Below, piece by piece: positions 48,212-60,474 of a stretch of 64,000 nucleotides of DNA (position 1 is its first letter; each line of letters opens with the position of its first letter). The notes below the pieces were generated by a model that saw nothing but the letters and a program-made list of their open reading frames with translations, did no database searches and had not been told where the DNA came from. Both the position numbers and the translations under genes were made by a program. This stretch comes from Amoebophrya sp. A120 (lineage: Eukaryota; Protista; Dinoflagellata), in assembly GCA_905178155.1 (NCBI GenBank), contig CAJINV010000004.1, positions 94,969 to 158,968 on the forward strand. The letters run 5' to 3'.

Positions 48212-51200
48212 ATGGGAGCGCCGTCGACGGGACAATACAAGCTGGGCTTCCTTGGGGGCGGCATGATGGCAGAGGCCTTGATCGGCGGGATCTTAAAAAA
48301 GTCCCTCGTTTCGCCGGAGTCTATTTTCGTGTCTGACATGAGCGCCGACCGTTTGGCCGTGCTGGAGAAGAAGTACAAGGTTCGGACGACGCAAGAGAAC
48401 GGCGAAATTGTTTGGCAGTCCGACGTATCCTGTGCAAAAGTATCGTACTCGTATAAATCCGCTGCTGGCATGCATATAACTTCTCACCAACCTCTCACCA
48501 ACTTATCATGAACTTCTGCCCAAGCTTTTCACCAACTTCCCAGCTGTTGAGAAGTTGGCGTGGACCCTTTACCGCGGTTGTTGGGAAGCTTGATGCGGAG
48601 TTGAAATCCGCACCAAGCTCCCCACAAGCTTGAGCTTCTGGCTAGGACGTCTGAAAAGGAATATTCGTCCGGGCCTCGATTCGTGGCCGCGTACGCAGTC
48701 ACGAATCAGGCTCCGTGATGGCCCTACTTCGGCTGCTAAGCTTGTGGAAGATAATTTGATAATCTTCTGCACCAGGAGACTTTCGAGGTCCTTGTCGTGC
48801 ACAAAGCAAGCACTTCTCGACGAACACCCCGGCGCATTTCGCGGTAAGCTTCGAGCTTTTGGAGGCGTCATGCAAGTTTTTGCATGACGCCTCCAAAAGC
48901 TCGAAGGTTGCCGCGAAATGCGCTGGGATGTTCGTCGAGAAGTGAAGCGAGAAGTTGTTGAGAAGTTGTTGAGAAGTAAGTTATTCAATTCGGCCATAAT
49001 TGATGTAGGACGCACGCAACGTCGCGGCTTTTTGTTAAAACAATTAAAACGCAAGCACAAATCAACTCACTTATTTAATATAGGCAATTGACTAATTAAT
49101 AGATTAATCAATTGATTACGAAGTGGCGCCAAGTGAAAACGGAGCAGGGGCAAAGCTTGCACGCCGAAGCGGCGCGCAGCTCCACGCACATCGTCGAAGG
49201 CAGCTATTCTCCCTTCCGGCGCTTCCGTCTTTGATGGCTGCACGCAGGACAGGTGCGCGCGCGCAGACATCACGGTCGCGCTTCCTGCCGCCTCTTGTAT
49301 ACGGCTTTGCGCGTGGTGCCGTCGTGCTAACTGATGAGACTGCGCTGCAGATAAATGGACAGAACAGGACTGCCGTCTTCTTCCCATTTGTCTGCAGCGC
49401 TGTTCCTTCCCGCTCCAAGCAGCGAGCACGATATAACTCGCAGCGGCGGAGTGACGCGTCGCTTGGTCGAGGCGAGAACGACGCCAGCACGCCGCGCCAC
49501 TTCTCACCGACCTCCGCACCAACTTCGCGGCCGACTTCTCGCCAACTTCTCCGTCAGTTTACGCATAAAAATGCTAGCGGATTTATACGAGTGCGATACT
49601 TTTGCACAGGATACGACGTGATCCTTATCGCCGTAAAGCCGCAGGGTTTCCCCGCCTTGTGCAAACAGGTGGATCAGTTTTTGGAAACGAAGGCGTGCCA
49701 GCCACCTGGAGCAAACTCATCTCCAAAACCGCGGTATCCGGCTGGCAAGGTGTTTGCGAGCATTATGGCGGGGGTAACGCTACTACGCATTGCAAATTGA
49801 ATTTATATGTCTGGGTCTGGAATAAACCTGTAATGCTATTAGCGACTGCAGATCAACATGCTTATATTTATAATACATACCGCTGAGTGGAGCCCAGCGT
49901 GACAAATTCTGAGGCGCTTTCTGATGCGTAGCGCGCTCGCGCATTAGATGAAACTGCGCTTTTTCATATAGGAAACAGAGCTCGTCGCTTTTGTATTTGT
50001 TGGTCCTGCAGTACAGATTCTGCAGGAATCCAGAACACGCAATGCAGGTTCAACTTTTATTCCCGACCCAGAGTACATATTTGCGATCCATAACTGCAGA
50101 CGCTGGGGGAAAGCATCGGACGACACGGTGACGTAGTGCGGGTCATGCCAATATCAACTGCAAATATGTGTGGGTCTGGCAGATTACCAGGTTTGTCTCT
50201 GTCTGGCATATTTTGCATGACCCGTGATGCTTGTGATGCATGCGCTAGCATCACAGATTTTTTGAAGCAAGGCTTCCTGATGCCTATCTCGCATGTTGAC
50301 AAATGCCCTCCCCTCGTAGCACAAACTGGACTCCTCTTGCTGGTCCTTACGCAATACAGATTTTCATTTTTTTAGACTCCAAAGACAGCATGATCACAAA
50401 GTGCAACCTTCCAGAGGACCCAGACCTATTTGCAGTTGATAGCCCAACACACCCGCCATGGTCAACGCAGCGGCGTCCGCCTACGCCCTCCACCCCCTGC
50501 ACTTCTCGAAGGACGGCGAGGCAAAGGTGCCCTTTGTGGAACAGATCTTCAGCAGCATCGGAATTTGCTGTCAGGTACCTCTACGGATACGACAACTTGT
50601 TTGTCATTGAAGGTCTTCTACTTGATTCGTTTGGTTGCAGAAAGAACTAGAGCCAGCCCAAGAAACTAGAAAAAAAATTTCTTTACTTATTCTTGCTTTA
50701 GTGAATAAAATGAACATGGATTTACTTCCACGACGTATATGTTGTATAATGGCTGTGTTAGAAGAAATGAATGCCGTGACGATCTTCTTCTGACCTAAAA
50801 CTCAACTCCATCTGTATCTCATTACACGATCCGACACCACCACCACCACCACCAGCTTCCGTCTGAGACTTACATGGATGCAGTGACTGGGCTCTCTGGA
50901 TCAGGACTATCGACCGAGTATCGAAGTAGTTCTAATATTACCTGCGCCGGCAAGAACTACGCCGCGACCTTTCCTCCGGAGACATGCATTTTTTGAATAA
51001 TACTTGCTCGTTGCGCTTCCGGTTGTACTTAACTCTAAAGTGCCTTACGTTAAAAGCAATTCAAAATGATTTCAAAAGGAATTCAAAAAAGTGCACTTTT
51101 CGTTTTTCCGTAAAATTGGGTGTGGATTTCCTTCATTTTTTCGGATGCGTGGCTTCTTTTTTCGGCGTCTAATTTCCGCCCTGTGTCTGGCGGCCTAGCG

Positions 51201-53157
51201 CAATAGAAATTGGGCGGGGCGGATTGGTAAACGCGCGCTCAGCTGCGGTAGTGGGTCTCTGTTTCGGGCACATGACTGGATGGAATGTGCCCAGGTTTTG
51301 TGTGCCAGTTGGTGCTCCTACCACGCTTTGCAGCGAATCGCTTCCATGTATGCCCAGGACCTAGGCACTCAGCTCGGGCTCCTCTAGAACCTCTGCGCTA
51401 GGTACAAAGACGTTGGGATGCATTCTGTTTTGTGTTATTGTTGAAGCTGCTGCCTGGGAGACATGTTTATGACCGATCCTGGGAGTGCTTTTTGTGTAAA
51501 GGCTTTCCTTCGTGATCTTCTCCAGCCCCTCTTTCTTTCAGAGTATTGTGGTATAGCTTGCGGGACGTCGATAGGCCCGGCTTCACGCCGAAGGGCTTTT
51601 CGACAACGTTTCGGAAGAGGGATTCCGATACTCCAAAGGGCCTGCAGTAAAGCAAGCCAACTCAAGAGGCCCCGGCTCTTGAGAAATCTCCTCTCGCCAG
51701 ATTCAAAAAATAGTTGGAAATAAGTTGGAAGCCAACTTTTTTCTGTTTCCCATACTAAGAATCCCTGATCCAACTAGTTTTGAACTTGTGTCCAACTTAT
51801 TCCCAACTTTTTTTTTGAAATTGCCCAGGGCCGCCAATTTCTTTTTGAATTGTCTCGGGGGCGCCAATTTCTTTTTGAATTCCATCTCACCCGCCAATTT
51901 CTTTTTGAATTCCGTTCAGGCCGCCAATTTCATTTTGAAATTGCTCAGGCCCGCCAATTTCCTTTTGAAAGTGGGCACTCTGTATGATGTCGCTATGGTA
52001 TTGATTTGGTCTGTGTCCTGGGATATATGTTAGGCCCTAACGAGGCCCGCTCAATCGGGGGGAGAGGCTGCCTCTGGGCTATCTTTCGGCCGCTCCGGGA
52101 ACAGAATTGCGTTGGCCCCGTGCGCTGCGGCTTTGCGCGGGCGTGGTGTCTGTCAGAGGAATTGCCGAGGGCCCATGGCGGCCCAATCTGAAGCGGCCAC
52201 GCCATTTTCCAGAGCTTGTGGCCGTGCCAATTCCAAGCCACACACCCTCCCGAATGAAGCACGCGCAAAAGTGGATGGCCTTGCGTTATTCAAGCAACTT
52301 ACCCCGCGCGGGCACACGGCATAGGGCCCAAGAATGGCCCGCATCCGGGTCGCGGTCTTTCATTTTGGCGGGAGATTCGGCATTTCTATGGGAAGGCGAA
52401 AGTTGAAAACCTTGACTTTTTGAATTCCTTTTGAAATCAACATTTTGAATATGAATTAACGCCAGGGCGCTTTGTGATTAACGGTTGTGCATAGAATATA
52501 GTCGATGGTAAATTTTTTCAAGATCTCTAGCGGCAAAATGAAAAAAAATCCTGCGAGGCTCACAGTGGAAGCAGGATAGAAGGCTCGTCTCTTCTAATTA
52601 TATTGTGCTGTTTGAAAACTATTTATTATGCGGTGATTTTTGCGACGCTCCTGGTTTCCGTTAAAAAGCACAGCTTCCTCTTCTAAATTGCATTTTCGTA
52701 AAGTAGGTAAAGGTGTATTAAAAACTCTCGGCCCGCGACCCGCTTGTCATGATGAAATAAGTAGAGTTGTGCAGTACTTCATCTAACTTGCAGCTCTTGA
52801 CGAGCTTGGTCCTTCTCCTTTTGCCGGCGCAGCACATCACAGAACTTCTCCTTTCCTCGGTGATACAGGCCCGCGTACGTGTATATGATGATCGAGGCGC
52901 TTAGTGACGGTGGCGTGAAAAACGGGTTGCCCCGGGCACTGGCCCTCCAGCTTGCCGCGCAGACGGTGATGGGTAGCGCCAAGATGGTGCTCGAGAAGGG
53001 TGAGCACCCAGCCGTGCTGAAAAATCAAGTGGAGTCCCCCGCCGGGACAACGATCGCCGGCACGGCGAAGCTCGAGGAGCAGGGCTTTCGGAACGCCATC
53101 GTGCAGGCAGTTTCTGCGGCAACGCAGCGCAGCGCGGAACTCGGCGCGAAAAAGTGA
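48212..53157 (+). CDS. proC: Pyrroline-5-carboxylate reductase
   Basis: Spliced motifs [16 protein letters not shown]; SD|VILIAVKPQ; SIMAGVTL; VRVMP|NTPAMV; [11 protein letters not shown]|[39 protein letters not shown]; [11 protein letters not shown]; four TAT-type elements and a GT-AG intron at 50575-50855. Confidence 0.95.
48426..49613. mobile_element. Family B-ended element of 1188 bp with cargo (proC intron 1)
   Basis: tatcctgtgcaaaagtatcgtactcgtataaatccgct...agcggatttatacgagtgcgatacttttgcacaggata; DR cgacg/cgacg. Confidence 0.93.
48811..48944. repeat. Hairpin with ~65 bp arms inside proC intron 1
   Basis: cttcgagcttttggaggcgtcatgcaa gttt ttgcatgacgcctccaaaagctcgaag core, extending to cacttctcgacgaac/gttcgtcgagaagtg. 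Confidence 0.9.
49784..50092. mobile_element. Aged family A element with a TAC left end
   Basis: tacgcattgcaaat..gtctgggtctgg...gacccagagtacatatttgcgatccata; DR gctac/actgc; joins GVTL|QTLG. Confidence 0.8.
50152..50441. mobile_element. Family A element (reverse orientation)
   Basis: tatcaactgcaaatatgtgtgggtc...gacccagacctatttgcagttgata; DR gccaa/gccca; splits the MPNTP motif. Confidence 0.88.
50908..52865. mobile_element. 1958-bp aged TAT...ATA intron with structured cargo
   Basis: tatcgaccgag..gtagttct / agaacttctc..ctcggtgata; removing the element plus 5 nt restores SGSGPAY. Confidence 0.8.
51801..51970. repeat. 30-bp-period array of ccgccaatttctttttgaatt with 9-bp variable spacers
   Basis: Units at 51831, 51861, 51891, 51921 and 51951; degenerate unit at 51801. 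Confidence 0.9.
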
Positions 53158-53611
53158 TTTGTTTATATCGTAAAGTATCGAATTCATCTTATCCTTCATA
53201 TCTGCTCGAGCAACTGCTCGCTTCCTCGCTTTTAAGTAAATCTCATCAACTTCCGCGACGAGCGCGAGGAGGTCTCTGCGCTGCTGGTATTTGCGAGTTA
53301 TCTCCTGGGGGAGGCGCCGGGGGCCAAAAATCAGTACCAGAACGATCAAATTTTTTTATCGAGGCCCGGTATAATTATGGCTGATATCCCTTCAGTTTAC
53401 CACGAGATAAAAAAGTGTCGATATTCGGCTCGCACATCATGACTCGCGCAAAACGAGAAACGCAACGACTTTCATCTGTCCCCGGAATCAATGAAGATGT
53501 ACCACAAAGGGGGCGCCACGTATTGGTATTAGATTACGCAAGAACCACAACTACCACATATTTTGTGCCGTCCTACTGCGGCACCAGCAGCTGATCTGTT
53601 CGTGCCCGAAG

Positions 53612-53690
53612 TCGCATTGGTAGTTTGGTTATGTTGTACTTCTGTAGCTGTCAGCTACAGAAGTACAACATAACCAAACTACCAATGCGA
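53612..53690. repeat. Perfect palindrome, 39-bp arms, 1-nt spacer
   Basis: tcgcattggtagtttggttatgttgtacttctgtagctg t cagctacagaagtacaacataaccaaactaccaatgcga. Confidence 0.95.
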
Positions 53691-56600
53691 TGTTCCTCCT
53701 TCTTAGATGAAGAAAACGCAACACGACACGAAAAGCAAGATCGGTTCTTTGGCTAAGAACTCAGCAGAGCTTTTGACGTTGTGCGGCCGCACCTGCAGAT
53801 CGTGCTGATCTACTTAAGTATGTAAGATGAAGATCAAGATTACGCCGAGGACCATTTTATTCGGCCGCGAAGATCATATTCAAGGTACTTAACCTAAAGC
53901 TGGCCTTGTTGTGTCCCTTAGTGGTCCGATGCCTCGAAAAGCAATATTCTCAGATAAGACGAGCTGCTGCAGCATGTGTGAAGTGATTTAGCACCGATAA
54001 GAACTTGTAGTTGTTTTTTAAAGTAGCGACCACGAAGAACACGAATGCAAGAACACCTAGAGTTCTTGCGATGAGAGCGTGTAGTGGAAAAACAAAGGAG
54101 GCACAATTCATTGTTGGCAACTACATCAATTCTGCCTTACGCTAGTATGTCCACCTCTGTGTGTAGGAGCCCCGAACAGAACAATAGGGCCTCTGCCCTT
54201 CTCGATGAAACTGCGTGCGACAGACCCAAACGAATAATCGCGATCCGTAATATTTGGATTCAGCATGACTATGACATTGACATGATTTGATGTGTTTGTT
54301 TTTTCTCTGTCGACGTGCGAGTGCGAGGCCACAGGAACCAGATCTGGTGTACTTCTATTCTGTTGACTGCCACGGCTCTTTACTAAAAAGAACTATCTGG
54401 ATGAGTTTAGGACAATGTCTGAACCTTTGTTGTCTTTCAATTTTCACATCAGGATCCCATGTACTAGCTGCTCCTTGTCCATGATCTCACAACTCCTATT
54501 ACACCCAAACCCCTAGTTGTCCTACCCCAGCCGCAAGAATTGTCAACAAGCAAGAGAAACATGACATCAAAAAAGAAACCCACCATAACCAACTGTCTCA
54601 CGATCTGAATTTTCGTACACTAAAGAAAATGATCATGCACTACTATTATACTCCCATATAAAGATAATTTCCCCCGCGGCCTCGTAGTAGTCTCCATGTC
54701 CTTTGTCCGACGCTATATTTCCTTTCTGCATTGTTCTGCACCCGGCTAGAATATTTGATGCTCCACCCAACTTTTTTATATCTCTTCGAAGCTTAGGTTT
54801 TCCTTTTTCATTTTGTTCTCGCGCAGCGTACTATGTGATCTTCGTTCATCGCTATTTTTCTACTTAGAATAAATCAATCTTTGAAACCTATTTTCCGTCT
54901 AGGTTTCTCAAAAGCGCAAAGCTTTTCCCATCTCGTTGGCCAGGCCTGGCACCCTCGAGGAGAGATAGCAGAGCTATATCCGGAACGTCCAAGTTTCACA
55001 AAGAACATAGAGGCTGTGGCTTTTTGGAACTCGCAGCCTCGAGTTCGTTGTACCAAGACGGACCCACACGATCATCAAGTGGCACCTTTTCATTGTGTAC
55101 AGCCTGCAGTGACCTGAGTGGCGTTGTACTAACGCTGACCCAGTAGGTCTACTTCTACAGCCGTATTTTTTTCGCTTTATTTTTATTTTCATCTCTTTCC
55201 AATATCTTCCCGCGCGCCCTTTCGTTATTTAGTCCCTCGCACAGATCTTCTCTGCCACCACGTAGTACTTATGTACCCCAAAAGCAGAACCCTCTTGCAC
55301 ACGCAGCTGCACCCCATCCCATTATAAAAAGCGGCACTGCATTTATTCAAGGCGGTTTCATCGAAGCATTTGCATTTCATGCGCCCTACGAGAAGTCTTA
55401 AGCATGGGAGCGTAACAACAAGTCCATCTTGAGGATCCTCGATCATGATGACTACATGAAAAAGAACATTTTTCATCACGGCTCTATTGTTGATATTCCT
55501 ATTACCACCGCGCATTCAGTTTGAGTTGTTTAATATCGTTTTCGAATTGTCAACAATATTCATTGCGAGTTTCAGCCGTTACTGCTTTATTTTTGAGTTT
55601 TTTTTTCCATTATTCTTGTTGATTCATTGGCAGCAGCGCTAAAAGTAGAACATCAACACCAAAAGCGATAAACATGAGAAAAGTATAGAAAATACTTGCC
55701 GTGGAACAAAAACTCGTCCGGTTTACAATTGCTGCACAGCAGCTACACGACGAAAAAAAGTCGCAAAAAATAAATCAATCTCTCACGTGAAGATGCTCCT
55801 ATGTGATTGAAACAGGAAACACAGACATCAGAGCAAGAAGCGCACTCGCGGAACCAACGTACTATCAGGCAAGTTATTTCCTCTAAAAATATAGTACTAG
55901 CACTCCGTCAACATCACCGAAGCTAAACACGCGCTAGCGAGCACGACCCTAGCAGGAGCTGCAGCGTTAGTTGACGATAGAAACAAAGAGAAGAAAAAAA
56001 CTCAAGATACTATTGGTTTGGATTTTTCAAAATCACGCCTTGCTGAACACAGAAGTAAAGCGAGCCACAGCGATGAATGCCAGATAGGACTCTAGAAAGA
56101 TATTTAGCAGCATCTGCGTCTTTATCTTTTTGGATTTTTTCATTTTCATCGCTCTTCTGGACCAGCTCCAGCGTAAGAAGTACTATCTATAGTTTGTTGT
56201 TGTGTCCTGTAAGTAGTGATCTCCTGTTAATTCGGGTAGAACAGCCCAGTGATCTTTTATTGTCAACTGCAGTTCATCTTCGTTAGTGTACAACGAGTCA
56301 TAGAAGACCGAGTTGCTCGGTTGCATTTTCAATATTACAACATTTTGCGGTTTCATTGTTACCCTGAAGAATTATTCGGAAAAGTAGGAAGGTGTCCATC
56401 GATTGAGATTGTTGAAATAAGTTTGTCGGAGATTGAACAAGAGTCGTTGCCCACACCTGTATTGCTAATTTTCTCGGTAGTATATGTTCCACCGCAAGAA
56501 CTACCACTCCCACTTTTGGAATAGAATACGAATACCAGTAACTGCGTCTTCATGATTTTATTACGGACAAAAAATTGACAGGCACGAAAAATACAGAAGA

Positions 56601-57246
56601 TCAATAAATTATGTACATTGATGATGGAACATAGATACATAAACTAGCGCGACGAGGACGCAAACAGCGTGATACCCGACGAGATCTTTATAGTACGACC
56701 CGACCAGGAGAAGAAAGAGAAACGGTGTCCGCGCAGTCTGTGTTGGGAAGGCGAACGTCTTGGATATAATCAATCGACTTCCTACACGAAAACTCAGTGC
56801 GCGGGGCCAAAAAGCGACGATCCTGCGAAAAAATAAAACGGAGGCGAGCAGGTCCCGACGTCTGAGAAAAGGAATACACAGTGGTCGTGTACCGTCGAAC
56901 AACCCATCAAGTTCAAGTACAGAAGAGCTACTGTTCACCTCCCACCGCCGATCGAATGAGTGGCACTGAGGCGGAGCACGACGGGACGGGCGCACCGACG
57001 GGCCGTGGAGCAGGTAGCTCCACACTGGCTCATCTTCCCGATGCCGCCTTTATGACGCCACCGCCTGCGTTGGGCCACCACTACAGCTAACCAAGAGATA
57101 TTTATGCATGTGGTACCATCGGGGTCTGGATTTCATTGTTTGTGCGCACTGTTGTATTTTGATTTGCTTTTTACGACCGCCGACTTCTCTTGATATTAAG
57201 GTGCAGCTAATGCATAAGACAAAACAGCGCACATAAGAAGAAGAAC

Positions 57247-59075
57247 ATGCTAAGTTTTATTTTATCTACAAACATCAGCAATAGCAACTGCGCAGTGGCA
57301 TTTCGTTTTTCGTGTGCAGCTGCAATTCCCAGACCCGGGTCGGTGTTTCCCTCTGGTTTTTCAATTGATAGAAGCAGCACGACGAACGCGATGTCTACGC
57401 CAACCCCGCGCCTTGCGCAGTCCGCACACGCGAGCTTGGGCGCAACTAGTTCGACTGGGTTGCAGCTGCACGACAGCGCCGGCCCAACATCGACCGCACC
57501 AGCCGCTGGCAGCAACGAGCAGCGGCTTTACGGCGGCTCATCGAATAGTACGTCGCCCGGCGGAGAGCTGCACCAGGGCCAGGTAAACCATGCTACAGGT
57601 GCACGTCGGCCAGGAGATCACCTCCATGGGCAGAATCTATGCATTGCAGAAGTATCGTACTAGTATAAATTGCAGACACAAACTTTGGCGAGAAGAAAAG
57701 TGGAATTTGTAATGCTGTTTTACCTTAGGAGGGAGATTTGTCATTCATATTTGCAATTAGTACGACTACGATATTTTTGCACAGGATAGCATTTATCCAC
57801 AGCCAAGACGCCTCCACCGAGCAAGCAGCACGCCTTTGCCGCGGGCAACAGCTCTACTTCGTATATTGGCACAACTACTAGCACTACACCACCGTCGACT
57901 ACAGGACCGTCGGCCCGGGGCGGCCAGCATGCTGGTGCTGCAACAGGCTACGAGCGAGGATCTTGGGGGGCGGGAGGTGGTAACAGCACTGGAAATAAGA
58001 ACGTGGGTGTTGTATTGTGAGGAAAAATCCCCCCTCCCCATATCGAAAAGGCATGCTTTTCAAAATTGGCGATGCTGATTTGTGGTCGCAGATCGAGTCT
58101 GTCTTGCAAGAGAGCAAAGCCAGGGCCTCCGCTGCATTTCGCAGGCGATTTGTATGCATAGCCAGGACTTCCGCATGCTGCTACGCTACTAGGGCAGACA
58201 TCTGCCATGCTCAGTGCCTACCCCACGCCACCCCTTTCCGGGCTTTGTATCTGTCTACAGTCCTCCGCCGCAAGACAAATCCACAAATCCTGCGTCACAG
58301 ATTTCCATTTCGATATGGGGAGGGGGGATTTTTCCATACGATATCTTGCGGGGGTCAATCCGCCTCCTCCGCCCGCTCCGCTAATCCGAGGACACCATCA
58401 TGCGGCGTACCTATGCAACAAAAAAAGTGTGGAAGTAAGTGTAAGTCTGTGATGCAGAAAATGTACTAAAAAAAAATGCAGCAAAACAGTTACGGTTGTC
58501 ATGCTGGCCAGCCATTATAGTGTTCTTTTTTTATGCGTGTTTTCAATGCTACTAGCTGTGCATGACAGGAATTTTCTGTCATGTAGAACGAATTTGTCAT
58601 AATGCTGTGACCGCCCCAAGACGCCTACTCTAACGCTAACGCAGTTTTTTTCTTGGATAGTACCAGCAACGCTTTCACAGCTCTAGCAGCGGCGTAAATA
58701 ATACGTCCTCGTCAGGAGGTCTCGGAACCGGAACCGCCGCGACAGGTGGCGCGGCCGGAGCAGGGCAGCACTTATGGACTGCAAAAGGATCGCGCTTTTT
58801 TCTACTTGTCGTGTGCAAAGTCATTATTATCAATAGATTCCAGATAATTTCGTGCTTCTGAAAGTAGCACTGTTCTTGATAGACGAATTTAGATTTACTA
58901 CACAGCAGTACTAGAGCAGATGACAACTTCTACTTTGTTGGAGTAAGACACATCTACTAAGTCGGTGCTCCTGCAGCTTGCCACGACACAGATATTATAA
59001 TCGTAACAGGAGGTGATGATCCTTTTGCACAGGATAGTGGCAGTACTCCCAGCAACAGCACCCGAATTCGGTGAA
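57247..59075 (+). CDS. Probable multi-exon gene, S/T/G/Q-rich unknown protein
   Basis: ORF 57247-57663 followed by GC-rich segments between four TAT...ATA elements; no domain recognised; boundaries uncertain. Confidence 0.35.
57638..57788. mobile_element. Family B element
   Basis: tatgcattgcagaagtatcgtactagta...tacgatatttttgcacaggata; DR gaatc/gcatt. Confidence 0.8.
58013..58343. mobile_element. Family C element
   Basis: tattgtgaggaaaaatcccccctccccatatcgaaa...tttcgatatggggaggggggatttttccatacgata; DR tgttg/tcttg. Confidence 0.9.
58412..58659. mobile_element. Family G-like element
   Basis: tatgcaacaaaaaaagtgtg...cgcagtttttttcttggata; DR gtacc/gtacc. Confidence 0.82.
58773..59036. mobile_element. 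Decayed family B-like element
   Basis: tatggactgcaaaaggatc...gatccttttgcacaggata; DR lost. Confidence 0.6.
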
Positions 59076-60325
59076 CAAGCAACGCAGAGTGCGTGGCGAG
59101 CAGCATCTTTTCGTCGAAGAAAGCGTCTTGAAGCTGAACCTTATCTCGTGGAAAGAACAGTTCTGCGATCCTTAACTTTATCGATCCGGACGCTCGTGTT
59201 TTTCTTTTTGCTAAAGAAAAACGAGGCAGATGATAGAGACGTGCACGACTTCAGGATGTTTATTGTGCTCCTGTTGTTAAGCAAGTAGATGGGACACTGA
59301 AGAGGTAGAGGTGGCGTAACCAGAAGTTTGCGCGATGGAAGATGGCCGCATGCACATGCTTTTACACATTCTATAAATTTGTTTTCTTTTCGAAATCAAG
59401 CAGTTGCACCCGAGGCGCGTAGTACTGCGTGCTTTTGGAATATTGAAGCGTGTGCATCAACCACTTTTTCTGCGTCCGAGGCAGAAACTGGGCGTTCACG
59501 ACCGAATCGATAGGGGTGCAGAAGTTGTTTTCTTCTCCTTGCATAAAACTAGGAGAGTCGCGGTTCCGGCAACGGGATCTAGAGCGCTGGTCCGACATCA
59601 CGCTCACAGAAAGTATAATAATATGATCATGATGTGGTTCTTTTATACTCTACTTTAGGCTCCTTGCATAAAATAAGCCTGTGACTCGACGAACAAGAAG
59701 TTGTGCTTTCTTTGTTTATGCTGTGAAATTACTACAAATGCAGAAGGACGTGTCATGCAACTGAAGCGATCATAACTGGAACTGGCAGCACGTTTACTAG
59801 TAAGTTTAAGTTACCAATACCAACTACATCCGCGCTGGGGTAGTGCAACCTGTTTCTACAATTTCGAACTTTTAATCAGACAATCTACTTCTTGACCCGC
59901 TTCTGTACACCGACGTGCGCGTGGACCTGGCTGGAAACTACCTCGGGCCGTCAGCTCTATCCTCGGAAAAAAAAAACGGACTTGCTCAAGAACAGCAATC
60001 TTGCAAAGTAGACACAACCTCCCTGGGAGGTTAGGCCCGCCAGGTAGCGTCATGTAGTTACTACAGTCGAAGTTTCTTCTTTCTTGAATGAAGACGAAAA
60101 AATTGTATGTGAACAAGACGAAAAAATTTATATATCGAAATCCAACTGCTCGTTGCCGCTGGCGTTGGCTTCAAAAGAAGTGTCACTGCAGCTAGTGAAG
60201 AATGTGTTGAATTTTTCTTCGAGTCTTGCTGGTGCTCGATGTTTCTTTTCCGCTTCCATAACCTGCCGGAGTGTTTTACTTCACCCAGCGGCTTCCCTTG
60301 GCGTTGCATCAGCGGACCACCTTGT

Positions 60326-60474
60326 TATGAATTGCAAAAGTATCGTACTCGTATGAAAGCATTACAAATTTCCTCAGCATGAGAAATAAAATTTGTAATG
60401 TAGATTTGCCTTGGAAACAAGACTTGTAATGCAGGACTTGCATTTATACGAGTGCGATACTTTTGCACAGGATA
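60326..60474. mobile_element. Family B element
   Basis: tatgaattgcaaaagtatcgtactcgta...tacgagtgcgatacttttgcacaggata; DR cttgt/cttgt. Confidence 0.92.

Noticed and set aside
48479-49555. An eighth long-DR pair inside proC intron 1
   Set aside because: The similarity is low and made of short caccaacttct-type repeats, so it cannot be separated from an internal array.
15434-50441. Recurrent peptides in the ORF track ([35 protein letters not shown]) as a repeat-protein family
   Set aside because: They are translations of family A, B and C TIRs in arbitrary frames and strands.
49779-50446. Idea that DR mismatches are always synonymous, so both copies are under coding constraint
   Set aside because: True for gctac/actgc, gccaa/gccca and agaaa/cgaaa, but contradicted by gaggt/gaggc, cccgg/cctgt and agatc/agatg.
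45605-51970. 30-bp periodic arrays as CRISPR
   Set aside because: Spacers are only 9-16 bp, there are about five units, no cas genes are present and the context is eukaryotic.
48212-53157. proC and the other fragmented genes as pseudogenes
   Set aside because: Frames and catalytic motifs are fully restored by one removal rule, and I saw no stops or frameshifts in the proC exons.
53700-57200. Short ORFs in the AT-richer stretch
   Set aside because: No recognisable motifs or element-defined exon structure; left unannotated.
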